NCBI GenBank assembly: GCA_038207045.1
Contig: JBBRAF010000009.1
Span: 19,392-83,391 of the forward strand
Direction of reading: 5' to 3'
DNA from: Chthoniobacterales bacterium
Lineage (GTDB): Bacteria; Verrucomicrobiota; Verrucomicrobiia; Chthoniobacterales; UBA10450
DNA length: 64,000 nt
Below are positions 1-9,985 of this stretch, piece after piece. The position numbers and the translations under genes are program-made. The notes under the pieces were generated by a model. That model was not told where the DNA came from. It saw nothing but the letters and a program-made list of their open reading frames with translations, and searched no databases. Position 1 is the stretch's first letter. Each line of letters begins with the position of its first letter.

Positions 1-1179
1 CAGGCGAAATTCCAGCTGCGAGGCAATGCCTCCCTCCAGATTCTTTTGCAAAGTCGCTGCGTTTTGTTCCGCCGCCGAGGACGCGCTTCGCAATGCGGTC
101 TCCTTGGTGGCGATCGCGCGAAAATCATTCTGGATTCGGGAGAGATCGCGCGGCACCTGCCGTTCCATTTTCTGAAGGAGCAGCTCGTTAATCTCGCGCG
201 TGGCGTGCTGTTTCGCCACCGCGCCTGAAACCTTACCATTATCTACCACTCGCCAGGTATAAGCGGCGCCCGATCGAAGCTCGGAGGAGATGACGTCGTC
301 GGAACGATGAGGCGACCCTTGGCTTTCTTCCCGCCGTACGCCCGAGACAGGAATATATTCGCCTGAAACCGTAGCAGTGATTTGCGGATAATAGGCAGCC
401 TCAATGATCCGTTGATCTTCCGTTGCCGCCCGCACGAGCAAACGCGCTAACTGCAGGTCCGCTCGGTTCAACGCCAACCCCGTCGCCTGCTCAAGCCCCA
501 CATTGATCGCAGCGGGAGGAAGCGAACCCTCAGGTCGCGCATCCGATTTTGCGAAATCGCGACCGAGTGCTTCGCTCAGTTGCAACAGCGCGCCTTTGTA
601 GGCGCGCTCGGCCGCCGCAATGCGCGGATCGAGTTCGCGCGTTTGCACTTCAGAGGCGACGAACGCTCCGCGGTCCGTCAGGCCGGATTGATAACGGCTG
701 TTTTGGCTGGTGGCATTCTTTTGTAAGCGCTGCTGCTGTTCCCGACGCAGAGTCGTTAGCTCGCGATTGTAAAGCGCCGTGTAAAAGGCCACCCGCGCCC
801 CGTGCAATTGCTCAACGACGGTCACGTTGAGCTGCTGCTGAGCGATCAAGACTTCGAGATTACCGCGTCGCCAGGAGGCCGGAACAGCCATGTTGAAGAG
901 CGCCTGCGTGAAATTACCGTAGGCAAATCCGAACGGCTGGATCGGCTTTTCCCCGGCGCGACGGCCTCCTTGCACCCCGCCGGCCAAACCGATTGTCGCA
1001 TCCGGCAACGCCACCGAATGGAAAACCAGACGGCGCCCACCGGCTTGCTCCAGATTCGCTTTCGCGCTCCGGATCTGCGGGTTGTCCCGGACAGTCTTTT
1101 GCAGCAACGCCTCCAGCGTCATGCCATTGGCTGGGCCTGCCCACCATGCCACACTCACAGCTAACAAGAATTGTTTCAT
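1..1179 (-). CDS. TolC-family outer membrane efflux protein; the 3' end lies beyond the window edge
   Basis: In my own minus-strand translation the frame is open from the ATG at 1179-1177 to position 1 (393 codons). It is missing from the ORF track because it runs off the edge. The N-terminus MKQFLLAVSVAWWAGPANG is signal-like. The body is Q/L/R/A-rich and coiled like OEP repeats, and it is paralogous to the upstream gene. Confidence 0.75.
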   Translation of the reverse strand, partial: MKQFLLAVSVAWWAGPANGMTLEALLQKTVRDNPQIRSAKANLEQAGGRRLVFHSVALPDATIGLAGGVQGGRRAGEKPIQPFGFAYGNFTQALFNMAVPASWRRGNLEVLIAQQQLNVTVVEQLHGARVAFYTALYNRELTTLRREQQQRLQKNATSQNSRYQSGLTDRGAFVASEVQTRELDPRIAAAERAYKGALLQLSEALGRDFAKSDARPEGSLPPAAINVGLEQATGLALNRADLQLARLLVRAATEDQRIIEAAYYPQITATVSGEYIPVSGVRREESQGSPHRSDDVISSELRSGAAYTWRVVDNGKVSGAVAKQHATREINELLLQKMERQVPRDLSRIQNDFRAIATKETALRSASSAAEQNAATLQKNLEGGIASQLEFRL

Positions 1180-2564
1180 GGCCGCCTGAGCTTCTGCGGG
1201 GGGCGCGCCAGGTCGACCACATCAAGTCCCTTATTCGGCGAGGCGTTTCTCGCAATCGGCGGCTGAGATTCAAACACCTGTGGCGTCGCGGCGCAGGCGC
1301 GCGCCAGTCGCGCCAGAGCAACGTTATGCTGATAGATGGCGCTTAGTCGCGTCGTGCGGGTGCGAGTGACATCGGAGGCGGCTTGCAAAATATCGAGCTG
1401 GGTTCCCAACCCAGCGCGCAGGTTCGCCTTCGCAATTTCCAAAGACTCGGCCGCCGATTGCACGTTCTTCGCCTCCGACTGAAGTATGCGATTAGCCTGC
1501 TCAATATCGAAAAAGGCGCTGCGCACTTCGGACGCAACGGAAAGTTGTGTCGCTTTCAGAGCCTGCACCGCAGCCTCGCGACGTGCGCGCGTCGCCTGGA
1601 GCCGGCCTTTCGTGGCGAAACCATCGAAAATGTTCCAGCGCGCATTCAGCCCGACAACGTAGCCATGGTTGAACTCGCGGCCGATAAGTGGATCGCGTTC
1701 GTTGTAAACTTCGTAGCCGGAGAAAGCTTCCACCTGCGGACGCAGTGCGCTGCGGTCCAGATCTGCCTGGCGCTCTTCGATTTCGATTTGCTTTCGCCTT
1801 TCCTTGATTTCGGGCCGGTCGGTGTCGGCCCGGGCAAGACATTCCCCAAGGTCCGGATGATCCGGGTAATACTGCAAATCTCCTTTCGCCTCGAAACTCC
1901 GCGCGCTGGCCTTCGACTCCCCGCCGAACAATTCCTGCAACCGTAAATAGGAATTCTGCAACTGCGTCTGCGCGTCAATCAGATCGGGCTGTTCGTTGGC
2001 CAGCGCGACTTCGGCGCGGCGAACATCCAGCTGTCCGACGATTCCCGCGTTGAATCGTTCCTGTTGCGACTTCACCTCTTCCTTCAACACGCTCGCCGAT
2101 TGATCGGCCACCCGGATACGCGCGCGATTGAGAAGAAGTTCGTTGAAAGCGATGCGAACATCCATGGTCACGCGACTGGCCGTGACCTGGAGTTCAAGCT
2201 CCTGAATTTCCAAATTCAATCGTGCGATCGCCAGTTGATTGCTGACTGCGCCTCCGGTGTAAAGATTCTGCACTACCCGCAGCGAAGCGCTGTAGTCCTC
2301 ATCACGCAGACGCGATTCCGTCTGATGTTGCCGTTCCCGAAACAAACCTGATGATACGACGGCCGGTAAAAAACCCGAGCGTGCCTCCGTCACTCCACCC
2401 CGCGCCGCCTGAACTTTCTTGCGCGCTATGACGATATCGGGATTCTGAGCGCTGGCCAAGGCAACGGCCTCGTCGACGTCATAGACTGGAACCGCAGCAT
2501 TCGCCGAGAACACAAACGCGACTATCATCCCCGTCGCCAGACAAGCCTCACGTATTCCCTTCAA
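1176..2564 (-). CDS. TolC-family outer membrane efflux protein
   Basis: 462-aa ORF with a signal peptide (MKGIREACLATGMIVAFVFSANA). It has two OEP-type repeats (LYTGGAVSNQ..., NAGIVGQLDVRRAEVALANEQ...). Its TGA stop overlaps the ATG of the next TolC paralog (ATGA at 1176-1179). Confidence 0.85.
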   Translation of the reverse strand: MKGIREACLATGMIVAFVFSANAAVPVYDVDEAVALASAQNPDIVIARKKVQAARGGVTEARSGFLPAVVSSGLFRERQHQTESRLRDEDYSASLRVVQNLYTGGAVSNQLAIARLNLEIQELELQVTASRVTMDVRIAFNELLLNRARIRVADQSASVLKEEVKSQQERFNAGIVGQLDVRRAEVALANEQPDLIDAQTQLQNSYLRLQELFGGESKASARSFEAKGDLQYYPDHPDLGECLARADTDRPEIKERRKQIEIEERQADLDRSALRPQVEAFSGYEVYNERDPLIGREFNHGYVVGLNARWNIFDGFATKGRLQATRARREAAVQALKATQLSVASEVRSAFFDIEQANRILQSEAKNVQSAAESLEIAKANLRAGLGTQLDILQAASDVTRTRTTRLSAIYQHNVALARLARACAATPQVFESQPPIARNASPNKGLDVVDLARPPQKLRRP

Positions 2565-2695
2565 TGTTTTTGTTCGAGCTGCTCTGTTTTCACTGAAGTC
2601 CCGGTTCGCCCGTCGGCTCTCGACGACAGACTTAAAGCAGTGTTACTTGCATCTTGCCTCAACCCCGTTGCTGTGGGTAGGGTTGTTTTTCCACA

Positions 2696-3799
2696 ATGAG
2701 TAAGATTAGAATCGCCATCGTCGGGGTCGGCAACTGCGCCAGTTCGCTTGTCCAGGGCATAAACTTCTACCAGGGCGCATCCGCCAACGACGGGGCGGTC
2801 GGTCTCATGCACCGTCAGGTTGGTCCGTATCGGCCGGGGGACATCGAAGTGGTAGCAGCTTTTGATATTGATCGGCGTAAAGTCGGTCTCGATGTCGGCC
2901 GAGCGATCTTCGCGCCGCCGAATTGTACCAAGGTTTTCTGCGAAAATATCAAGCTGACTGGTGCCATCGTAAAGATGGGCTGCGTTTTCGACAGCTACGC
3001 TCCTCATATGAGTGAGCACGATCCCCTGCGCACGTTTCTTCCCCTGGAAAAAGAATCCACGCGCGAGCAGATCATCTCCGAGCTGAAAGACTCCTGCGCT
3101 GAGATTCTCGTCAACTATCTGCCGGTCGGCTCGGAAGAAGCGACACGCTTTTACGCGGGGTGTGCACTGAAAGCAGGGCTGGCTTTCGTTAATAACATCC
3201 CCGTTTTCATCGCCAGCGATCCGGCTTGGGCAAAGCGTTTTGCCGACAAAAATCTGCCCATCGTCGGGGATGACATCAAAGCGCAGATCGGTGCCACTAT
3301 CCTCCATCGCACCGTCATCGATCTTTTCCGCAAACGTGGAGTGAAGGTGGAGAGAACCTATCAATTAAACACGGGCGGCAATACCGATTTTCTGAATATG
3401 CTCAGTCGGAACCGGCTCGCCTCAAAGAAAACTTCGAAGACGGAAGCCGTCCAGGCTGTCATGGGCGAACGGCTCGCCGATGAAAATATCCACATCGGAC
3501 CCAGTGATTATGTGCCATGGCAGCGCGACAACAAAGTTGCCTTCATCCGGGTAGAAGGCCGTCTTTTTGGCGATGTGCCCATGGAGTTGGATATCAAACT
3601 TTCGGTGGAAGATTCGCCCAACTCGGCCGGCGTCGCCATCGACGCGATTCGCTGTTGCAAGCTTGGGCTGGATCGCGGAATCGGCGGCGTGCTGCGTTCC
3701 GCTTCCGCTTATTTTTCCAAGCACCCGCCGGTGCAAATGACGGATGATGAAGCCTACCGCTCGGTAGAACAATTCATCCGCGGTGAACGCGAGTCTTGA
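2696..3799 (+). CDS. ino1: inositol-3-phosphate synthase (bacterial/archaeal short type)
   Basis: 367 aa. The N-terminus IRIAIVGVGNCASSLVQGINFY closely matches the actinobacterial Ino1 Rossmann motif, and the length is typical. Confidence 0.88.
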   Translation: MSKIRIAIVGVGNCASSLVQGINFYQGASANDGAVGLMHRQVGPYRPGDIEVVAAFDIDRRKVGLDVGRAIFAPPNCTKVFCENIKLTGAIVKMGCVFDSYAPHMSEHDPLRTFLPLEKESTREQIISELKDSCAEILVNYLPVGSEEATRFYAGCALKAGLAFVNNIPVFIASDPAWAKRFADKNLPIVGDDIKAQIGATILHRTVIDLFRKRGVKVERTYQLNTGGNTDFLNMLSRNRLASKKTSKTEAVQAVMGERLADENIHIGPSDYVPWQRDNKVAFIRVEGRLFGDVPMELDIKLSVEDSPNSAGVAIDAIRCCKLGLDRGIGGVLRSASAYFSKHPPVQMTDDEAYRSVEQFIRGERES

Positions 3800-4085
3800 C
3801 CCACCCGCTGCCGCCGAAAGGTGTGAGCACTGCGCCGGACTTGTCCCGTCCGGCGTGCCGCGTTTACATTGTTGTAAGAGGGAGACCCGACACGTAAGCT
3901 CGCGCTGCCTCGCATAGTCTCAGCCATGTTTGCCGAAGAATCTCGTATTCTGCATGCTCAACGGTCACGGCATTTCCGAGATGCCCTCAACCATCCGCCC
4001 GCCTGGCTACGATACGAGAAAGTCGAGTCTTTCAGTTTCAAGTCATGAAACAGAGATCAGAAAACAAGAGAGGTAATTAGTTACT

Positions 4086-4508
4086 ATGAATAAAACATCG
4101 ATAATTAAGACACTCGGAGGCGTCGCACTCATTAGCGTGATGCTAGCTGGATGCGCGGGAACTGGAGCTATGGGCGACAAAACGTCGCCGCATAAGGAGC
4201 AACTACTCACCCAAGCCGGATTCAAGATCAAAACCGTCACCACCGACAAACAAAAGAAGCAGTTAGCTACGCTCATATCAAATAAGGTTTCTGCTGTTAT
4301 GTACAAGGGCAAGCTCTACTACGCTTATCCAGACGTAGCCCATAATCAGGTTTACGTCGGTAAGCAGCCCGAATACAACACCTACAAGCATTTGTTAGGG
4401 CAGAGAGCCGCTGGAGAAGGTCCAGATTCTTCCATGGTAGAAGAAACTGCTGGCCCGAACCGTATTGTTATAAACCGGTTCGACGCCTGGGGTCCGCTCG
4501 GCGAATAG
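4086..4508 (+). CDS. lipoprotein of unknown function
   Basis: 140 aa with a signal peptide and an LAGC lipobox (ISVMLAGCAG). Confidence 0.6.
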   Translation: MNKTSIIKTLGGVALISVMLAGCAGTGAMGDKTSPHKEQLLTQAGFKIKTVTTDKQKKQLATLISNKVSAVMYKGKLYYAYPDVAHNQVYVGKQPEYNTYKHLLGQRAAGEGPDSSMVEETAGPNRIVINRFDAWGPLGE

Positions 4509-4658
4509 AAGCCGCGGTGGCGGTGTCCACACTGGCGAACTCCACATATCGAGCAATACCGCGGCTAGGCCGAAGCGTTTCGGCCCTGCCGCGGATGTAG
4601 ATTTTATTAACCATCCTTGACGACATGTGACTCGCAGACAATCCCACAGCGCAGTAAC

Positions 4659-5144
4659 ATGACTATTCGCATTCTTGTAACTGGCGGCACCTTCGATAAA
4701 GAATATGATGAGCTCAGCGGCTCGCTCTTCTTCAAGGATTCGCATCTCGGCGAGATGCTGCGGCTGGGACGTTCCCGCGTCGAAGTCACCGTGCAAACGA
4801 TCATGATGGTCGACAGCCTGGAAATGACGGACGCGGAACGCACAGCCATCGTGCAACATTGTCGGCAGGGTCCGGAAGATCGGATCGTTGTCACCCACGG
4901 TACCGATACCATGACCCTCACGGCGGAAGCGATTGCTCGGGAAATCACCGCAAAGACGGTTGTTCTTACTGGCGCGATGGTCCCTTACGCCTTCGGTAGC
5001 TCCGATGGACTCTTCAATCTTGGGAGCGCGCTCTCGTTTGTGCAGGTGCTAGACCATGGCGTCTACATCGCGATGAACGGCAAATATTTCGCCTGGGACC
5101 GTGTGCAAAAAAATCGCGAGCGCGGTGAATTCGAGGAAGTGTAA
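4659..5144 (+). CDS. asparaginase-domain protein (short, N-terminal-domain type)
   Basis: ILVTGGTFDK and VVTHGTDTM motifs of the asparaginase/glutaminase fold. The start is placed at the internal ATG (MTIRIL). Confidence 0.65.
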   Translation: MTIRILVTGGTFDKEYDELSGSLFFKDSHLGEMLRLGRSRVEVTVQTIMMVDSLEMTDAERTAIVQHCRQGPEDRIVVTHGTDTMTLTAEAIAREITAKTVVLTGAMVPYAFGSSDGLFNLGSALSFVQVLDHGVYIAMNGKYFAWDRVQKNRERGEFEEV

Positions 5145-5392
5145 GGGCGTTTCAGCCGACAGCGAGATAGCAGCCGGCAGCCATCGGTAGGCCTAACAAG
5201 TTACAAGTAAGGCAAAACCATTCGGTAGAAGCGCGCCACGCCGCTGAAGTTCGCTGGTTACGCGGTGTCAAACCCTGGGACGAGCCCTTAAGCAAGGAGC
5301 AGATACTCGCACGCACTTCCCCGTTTGTGCGCAATACTACCCCGGGCACCGCCGCAAATCCCAGCTAGAATTTGCCTTGACGCAAAGGCGTC

Positions 5393-5797
5393 TTGCCAAG
5401 TAGTTCCATTGACCAACGGAAAAGACAGATGCTACGCGGGTTTGTAATTCTGATTGGCTTGTTCCTTTTACTTGAGGGAATCTGGGAGCTTTTCAGTCCT
5501 GTCGTTTTTGGTGTGTTTACATCAAACGCACTGCACGGCGGGATCCATATCGTGCTCGGCGTGGTCGGACTTTTTGCGGTCTTTCGCGGCGGCGCGCGTG
5601 GCTTTTGTTTCTTCCTGGGTGCGCTTTTGCTGGTGGTCGATACACTTTGGCTTCTGCCCGCAACGCATGAGCTCGTTGTGCGACTGGTGAATGTAAACCA
5701 GCCAGTCGCGATTCTAAATCTCGTCGTCGCGCTGATGTCGCTCCTTGTCGCTTTTGCCTCACGCGAACGACAGGTTGATTCGAGTTACTCGCGCTGA
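5393..5797 (+). CDS. small polytopic membrane protein (DUF4383-like)
   Basis: 134 aa with four hydrophobic segments and a conserved-looking NALHGGIHIVLG stretch. The family assignment comes from memory only. Confidence 0.5.
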   Translation: MPSSSIDQRKRQMLRGFVILIGLFLLLEGIWELFSPVVFGVFTSNALHGGIHIVLGVVGLFAVFRGGARGFCFFLGALLLVVDTLWLLPATHELVVRLVNVNQPVAILNLVVALMSLLVAFASRERQVDSSYSR

Positions 5798-5852
5798 CCC
5801 GGCTTAGGACAATGCCGAGCCCACGCGACTCGGCATGACCAACACCACCAGC

Positions 5853-6800
5853 TTAGAGCTTGCCCGCCAGAACGATCGGTCCGGCGGGACTAGATACTCC
5901 ACCCTTGCGTTCCAGACTCACCAGGAATTGCGTGGCCGCAGTGATGGGCAGCCTCGGCCGGAAGACCATTTCTGTTCTTCCGCTTTTGCCGACACTGAAA
6001 ACGCCCGCATCCACCGGCGCTTTGTATTTCGCGTCTGCGATCCAAAGCTGGTAATCCTGTTCGGTGGTCGTCTCCGGGACGTCGGCTGTGCGCAGTACCC
6101 CTTGCTGCTTCGCGCCATCCCATATAATGGTCGCGAGAGCCTGCGGTGCATTCCCTAGTTTTGAATTCAGAGTCGCCACCACAACATTAGCATTCCGCTC
6201 CAGAGCGCTGATTCTGTCCTGCAAGGCGCTTCGATCCGCCGTCAACTTCGCAGCCTCAACCCGCGAAGCATCACTTCGCTCTTCCAATTGGGTGATCTTT
6301 TTGGTCAGGGTTTCGCGCTCTTCCGTCAGCTTTATCACTTGCGCTTGGACGACTTCGGATTGTCGCCGGCTTTCCGCTGCCGTCGCCAGCGCACGATCTC
6401 GCTCCGTTGTTAGCGCGGCCACGCGGCCGCTCAAGTCATTAAGCGCCTTCGACATCTGCGCTCTTCCGAGAAAGAGAATGATGCTCGCGGCGGCGAGACC
6501 CGCAGCGATCGCCCACGGAATCCATGTCGGTTGCTCTCTCACCACGCTTGCCGTCAGCGGCGGCGTCACAGGCTCGATACCAGACCCGACTCGTCGCATG
6601 ACCGTCTCTTTTAACGCGGCTGGAAGCGTCTTCATTTCCGAGGAAAGCGCTACCGTCGCGGCCGCGTCGCGAAGCTCGCGAACCAGCTCGCGCAGTTCAG
6701 CGCTGGATTGCATCGCCGCTTCGAAGTCGCTCGCTTCCGATGCTTCGAGCAGTCCCAGAGCATAGAATGCGGCCTGATCTTGTTGTTCTTCTGGGATCAT
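5853..6800 (-). CDS. anti-sigma factor with an RskA-type C-terminal domain
   Basis: 315 aa. It has an N-terminal anti-sigma helix region, one TM segment (WIPWAIAAGLAAASIILF), a coiled coil, and a C-terminus (IIWDGAKQQGVL...YQLWI...) like anti-sigma-K RskA. It overlaps the sigma gene by 4 bp. Confidence 0.75.
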   Translation of the reverse strand: MIPEEQQDQAAFYALGLLEASEASDFEAAMQSSAELRELVRELRDAAATVALSSEMKTLPAALKETVMRRVGSGIEPVTPPLTASVVREQPTWIPWAIAAGLAAASIILFLGRAQMSKALNDLSGRVAALTTERDRALATAAESRRQSEVVQAQVIKLTEERETLTKKITQLEERSDASRVEAAKLTADRSALQDRISALERNANVVVATLNSKLGNAPQALATIIWDGAKQQGVLRTADVPETTTEQDYQLWIADAKYKAPVDAGVFSVGKSGRTEMVFRPRLPITAATQFLVSLERKGGVSSPAGPIVLAGKL

Positions 6801-7408
6801 CGCATTCGGTCTCTTAACTTCAGCAAGCCGCGTCGGATCCGCGCTTTCACTGTTCCCAAAGGTTGTGCAAGTCGCTCCGCAATTTCCTCGTGAGTCAACG
6901 CGGTGAAGAATGCCAACTCGAGCGCTTCCCTTTGATGCGCCGGCAGTTCAGCTAATGCTGATCGCACCCGAGCTGCCTTCTCCTTTCTATCGGCAATATC
7001 CGACCCACTTTCCGAAATGGATGCAATGTCTTGCCTGACTTCTTCTTCTACGCGCGAGTTTTCTTCCAGGCGGGCACGGCGAGCACGCGCACGCAAACGA
7101 TCGATCACGCGGCTGCGCGTGAGCAGGACAGCCCAGGTAAAAACGCTACTTTGCGCGTGATCGTAGCTGGGGGCACGACGCCAGATCTGCAGGAAGACAT
7201 CCTGAATGGCATCCTGAGCTTCGGTTGCATCACCTAACATCTTATAAGCCAGGGAATACAACGGCGAACCTAAGCGATCAAAGAGCATGGCGAAAGCTGA
7301 GTGATCGCCCCGCGCAGTGCGCGCAATCATCTCAGCATCCGCCTGCTTCTGCGTTGGTTCCTCGCTCATCGCGCGCCTGAGCCAATAGGTGAATTGCGCT
7401 TGGCGCAC
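6797..7408 (-). CDS. ECF (sigma-70 family) RNA polymerase sigma factor
   Basis: 203 aa. Region 2 (DAIQDVFLQIW, FTWAVLLTRSRVIDRLR) and region 4 (REALELAFFTALTHEEIAERL...GTVKARIRRGL) are recognisable. Confidence 0.88.
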   Translation of the reverse strand: MRQAQFTYWLRRAMSEEPTQKQADAEMIARTARGDHSAFAMLFDRLGSPLYSLAYKMLGDATEAQDAIQDVFLQIWRRAPSYDHAQSSVFTWAVLLTRSRVIDRLRARARRARLEENSRVEEEVRQDIASISESGSDIADRKEKAARVRSALAELPAHQREALELAFFTALTHEEIAERLAQPLGTVKARIRRGLLKLRDRMR

Positions 7409-7644
7409 AATCGAAAAAGCAGTTTCACGGCTTGAGTTAGCAGGTGGGGATTAAACGTGAGTGCAGTTATACGTTCAATCGCATTCCGCGGATGCAGTTA
7501 ATTGTCGCTAAGATCGCGAGCGAAAAATTAAGCCCAAAATTTATTTTCTAGCCATCTGAACCGGCGGCAGCGACGTAATTAATAATAACACTTAGATAAG
7601 TAAGGCATACTCACCAATATCAACTCACAACCCAAGGGAATATC

Positions 7645-8556
7645 ATGAATATCGATTCGATCACGGAACAAATCACATCTTCGAACGGAGCAAGTCGTCG
7701 CCAGGTTCTGAAACGCCTCGGTCTAGGCGCTGCTGGTCTCACCGGACTAAACCTTCTTAGTTCTGTCGCGCGCGCGCAGTCGACCGGAGCCGCCAGCGGG
7801 GGCATCGCTCAGGATATCGCGGTCCTGCAGTTCGCCTTGAACCTCGAATACCTCGAAGCGGAGTTCTACAGCTATGCCACCACCGGCCACGGTATTGAGG
7901 CCGTCTCGGGCCAGGGGAACAAGGGACCTGTGATAATTAAAGCCAATCCGCAAGTCCCATTCAGCGATCCTGACGTCAGACAATACGCGGAAGAGATTGC
8001 GGAGGATGAGCGTAGGCACGTTCTCTTTATTCGAAAAACATTGGTGTCGTTAGGGGTGGCCCCGGTAGCTCGCCCCAAGATCGACCTCAAGGATAGTTTC
8101 GATGCTCTGGCGCAGGCTGCCGGCCTCGGTTCGAGTTTCGATCCTTTCGCCAATGATACTAATTTCCAACTTGGCGCCTTCATCTTCGAAGATGTCGGCG
8201 TAACGGCTTATCGTGGGGCCGCTCCGTTGCTCAGCAACCCGGCTGTACTGAGCGGCGCGGCGGGACTGTTAGGCACGGAAGCATACCACGCCTCAAACAT
8301 CCGCACAGAATTGTTTGATCAACACAATATGGCGATCGACAATGCCGTGCAGAAAATCTCGAACCTGCGCGATGTGCTGGATGGAGGTGGGGACGACGAC
8401 CAAGGGGTTCTTCTAAACGGTCAGGCGAACATCGTTCCTACCGATGGGAACGGGCTGGTCTTCGCCCGAACTGTCCGTCAAGTTCTCAACATCGTTTACT
8501 TTGCTCCCGGCGCTAGCAAGGGCGGCTTCTTCCCAGACGGGATCAATGCGGGCTGA
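7645..8556 (+). CDS. Tat-exported ferritin-like domain protein
   Basis: 303 aa. It has a twin-arginine leader ([16 protein letters not shown]) and [19 protein letters not shown], typical of ferritin-like (PF13668-type) proteins. Confidence 0.75.
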   Translation: MNIDSITEQITSSNGASRRQVLKRLGLGAAGLTGLNLLSSVARAQSTGAASGGIAQDIAVLQFALNLEYLEAEFYSYATTGHGIEAVSGQGNKGPVIIKANPQVPFSDPDVRQYAEEIAEDERRHVLFIRKTLVSLGVAPVARPKIDLKDSFDALAQAAGLGSSFDPFANDTNFQLGAFIFEDVGVTAYRGAAPLLSNPAVLSGAAGLLGTEAYHASNIRTELFDQHNMAIDNAVQKISNLRDVLDGGGDDDQGVLLNGQANIVPTDGNGLVFARTVRQVLNIVYFAPGASKGGFFPDGINAG

Positions 8557-8591
8557 GAGTTCCCCGCGATCTAACTGAGTAGGTAGTTCGA

Positions 8592-8636
8592 CGCGCTGCC
8601 GAGTTCGATGGTGACTCGGCAGCGCGATTTGCTTTG
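8592..8636 (+). terminator. intrinsic terminator candidate after the ferritin-like gene
   Basis: Perfect 13-bp stem CGCGCTGCCGAGT / ACTCGGCAGCGCG with a 9-nt loop, followed by ATTTGCTTTGG. Confidence 0.6.
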
Positions 8637-8776
8637 GACGGCAGCGGCACGTCATCTAACCCGCTCTTTGCAGTCATACTTGTCGAGCGCGCTCTTTGTC
8701 AGATTGCGCACATTTTCAGTGGCTCTAATTAACTCCCGTCTTAAGATGTCGCCCAAGAATCCCTACGTTTAGCTTC

Positions 8777-9985
8777 CTAGAAACGAACGGTGAATTGAGT
8801 GGCCACGGTGTGGCCGGCGTCCCGGGGCTGCTCGTTCTGATAGTAGTATTGCAACTTCATCTGGGTATTAGAGGTGAAGCGATAAGCCACTGCCGCTTCG
8901 ATGCGGGAGATGTCCGGAATGCTCATGCTGCCATCAGCAAAGGCACCAGCAAAAAACTCCTGATTCCACCGAACGGCTGCGAAGAGCTGCGGAGCGAACT
9001 TATACTTCGCTTCGATATAATAACTGATCGCATCGGCGTGACCGCTTCGTGGCACTTCGAAGCGCACCTCATACACCTCCGCCCAAAGTTGCCAGTGACG
9101 CCACGCAAAACTGACATCCTGTCCCAGTAGGAATTGATGGAAATCCGCGGTGCTTCGGCCATGCGGGAGAAATGGCTGTGCCGCGTCGGACAAGTAAGCG
9201 CCTTCACTTCCTGATAACCCGATTTTCCAACTTTGGTCGGGCCGAAAGCTGAGATGACTTGTTAGGGTAGGATGCGAGAAGCCCCGACGGGTAAGGTCCC
9301 ATTCTTCCGGCCGCGAAGAAAGCGACGAGTTTTTGAGCTCGATCGCATACTCGAACTGCGAGATCGATCCCGTAACCGACACCCCGCTGGCATAGCTAGG
9401 CCCCCAGATCAGTGGAACATGCTCATACTTTGTCTCCTGGTTGAGGGGAAAAACTCCCCCCCCGTGAAACGGCGGTTCCAAGTCAGAAACACCGGTCACG
9501 TTCTCGTAAGGAAGCGGAGCGTTGATGAACGGGTTGTCCCAGGAGAGATGGCGCTCAACCCATGTTCCGGCCACGGTGGCAAACTTTCCTATCTGAACGT
9601 TGAAGATACCGCTCGTCCAAGGGGTAGCTCTCAAGGCATATTCATCAATGCCAACGCGAACCCCATCGTCGCTCGGATCGAACCCACGGTCGACGCGGAC
9701 CTGCGAAAAGAAATAGAACTGTGAGCCGGCCTGAGCATCGAGGAACAAGCTAAGGCGCGGGTTAACGAGGTCGTGGGCAGTAGTATCGATGAGACCGGGA
9801 GCAGGATTGCTAAAGTAGTATGCTTCGAAATCTAAAGTGCCACTTAATCGAAGCCGGAGAGTATCGTCGAAAGCGCTCAGCCGCAGCGATTCATCCAAGC
9901 GATCGATAAGGCCATCAATATCGAGGGCATCAGCTTGCGAAATAAACAAGCAGGCGAGAAAGACGCTTCGGAGCGTCCGTTTCAT
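8777..9985 (-). CDS. outer-membrane beta-barrel protein (porin-like), function unknown
   Basis: 402 aa with a signal peptide and alternating beta-strand pattern. The C-terminus is ...QFTVRF (terminal aromatic). It overlaps the upstream kinase gene by 4 bp. Confidence 0.55.
   Translation of the reverse strand: MKRTLRSVFLACLFISQADALDIDGLIDRLDESLRLSAFDDTLRLRLSGTLDFEAYYFSNPAPGLIDTTAHDLVNPRLSLFLDAQAGSQFYFFSQVRVDRGFDPSDDGVRVGIDEYALRATPWTSGIFNVQIGKFATVAGTWVERHLSWDNPFINAPLPYENVTGVSDLEPPFHGGGVFPLNQETKYEHVPLIWGPSYASGVSVTGSISQFEYAIELKNSSLSSRPEEWDLTRRGFSHPTLTSHLSFRPDQSWKIGLSGSEGAYLSDAAQPFLPHGRSTADFHQFLLGQDVSFAWRHWQLWAEVYEVRFEVPRSGHADAISYYIEAKYKFAPQLFAAVRWNQEFFAGAFADGSMSIPDISRIEAAVAYRFTSNTQMKLQYYYQNEQPRDAGHTVATQFTVRF

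Noticed and set aside
5191-5197. GCCTAAC heptamer in the intergenic region after the asparaginase-like gene
   Set aside because: Only the 7-mer matches. The extended family motif (CGAGAC.AAG) and a partner core are absent. A few chance occurrences are expected in 64 kb.
7451-7477. Candidate ECF-type promoter on the minus strand (TGAAC-N15-CGTTT) upstream of the sigma gene
   Set aside because: The -35 element lacks the GG, the spacer is shorter than the usual 16-17 nt, and I cannot score it against a group-specific model. The support is too weak to report as a feature.
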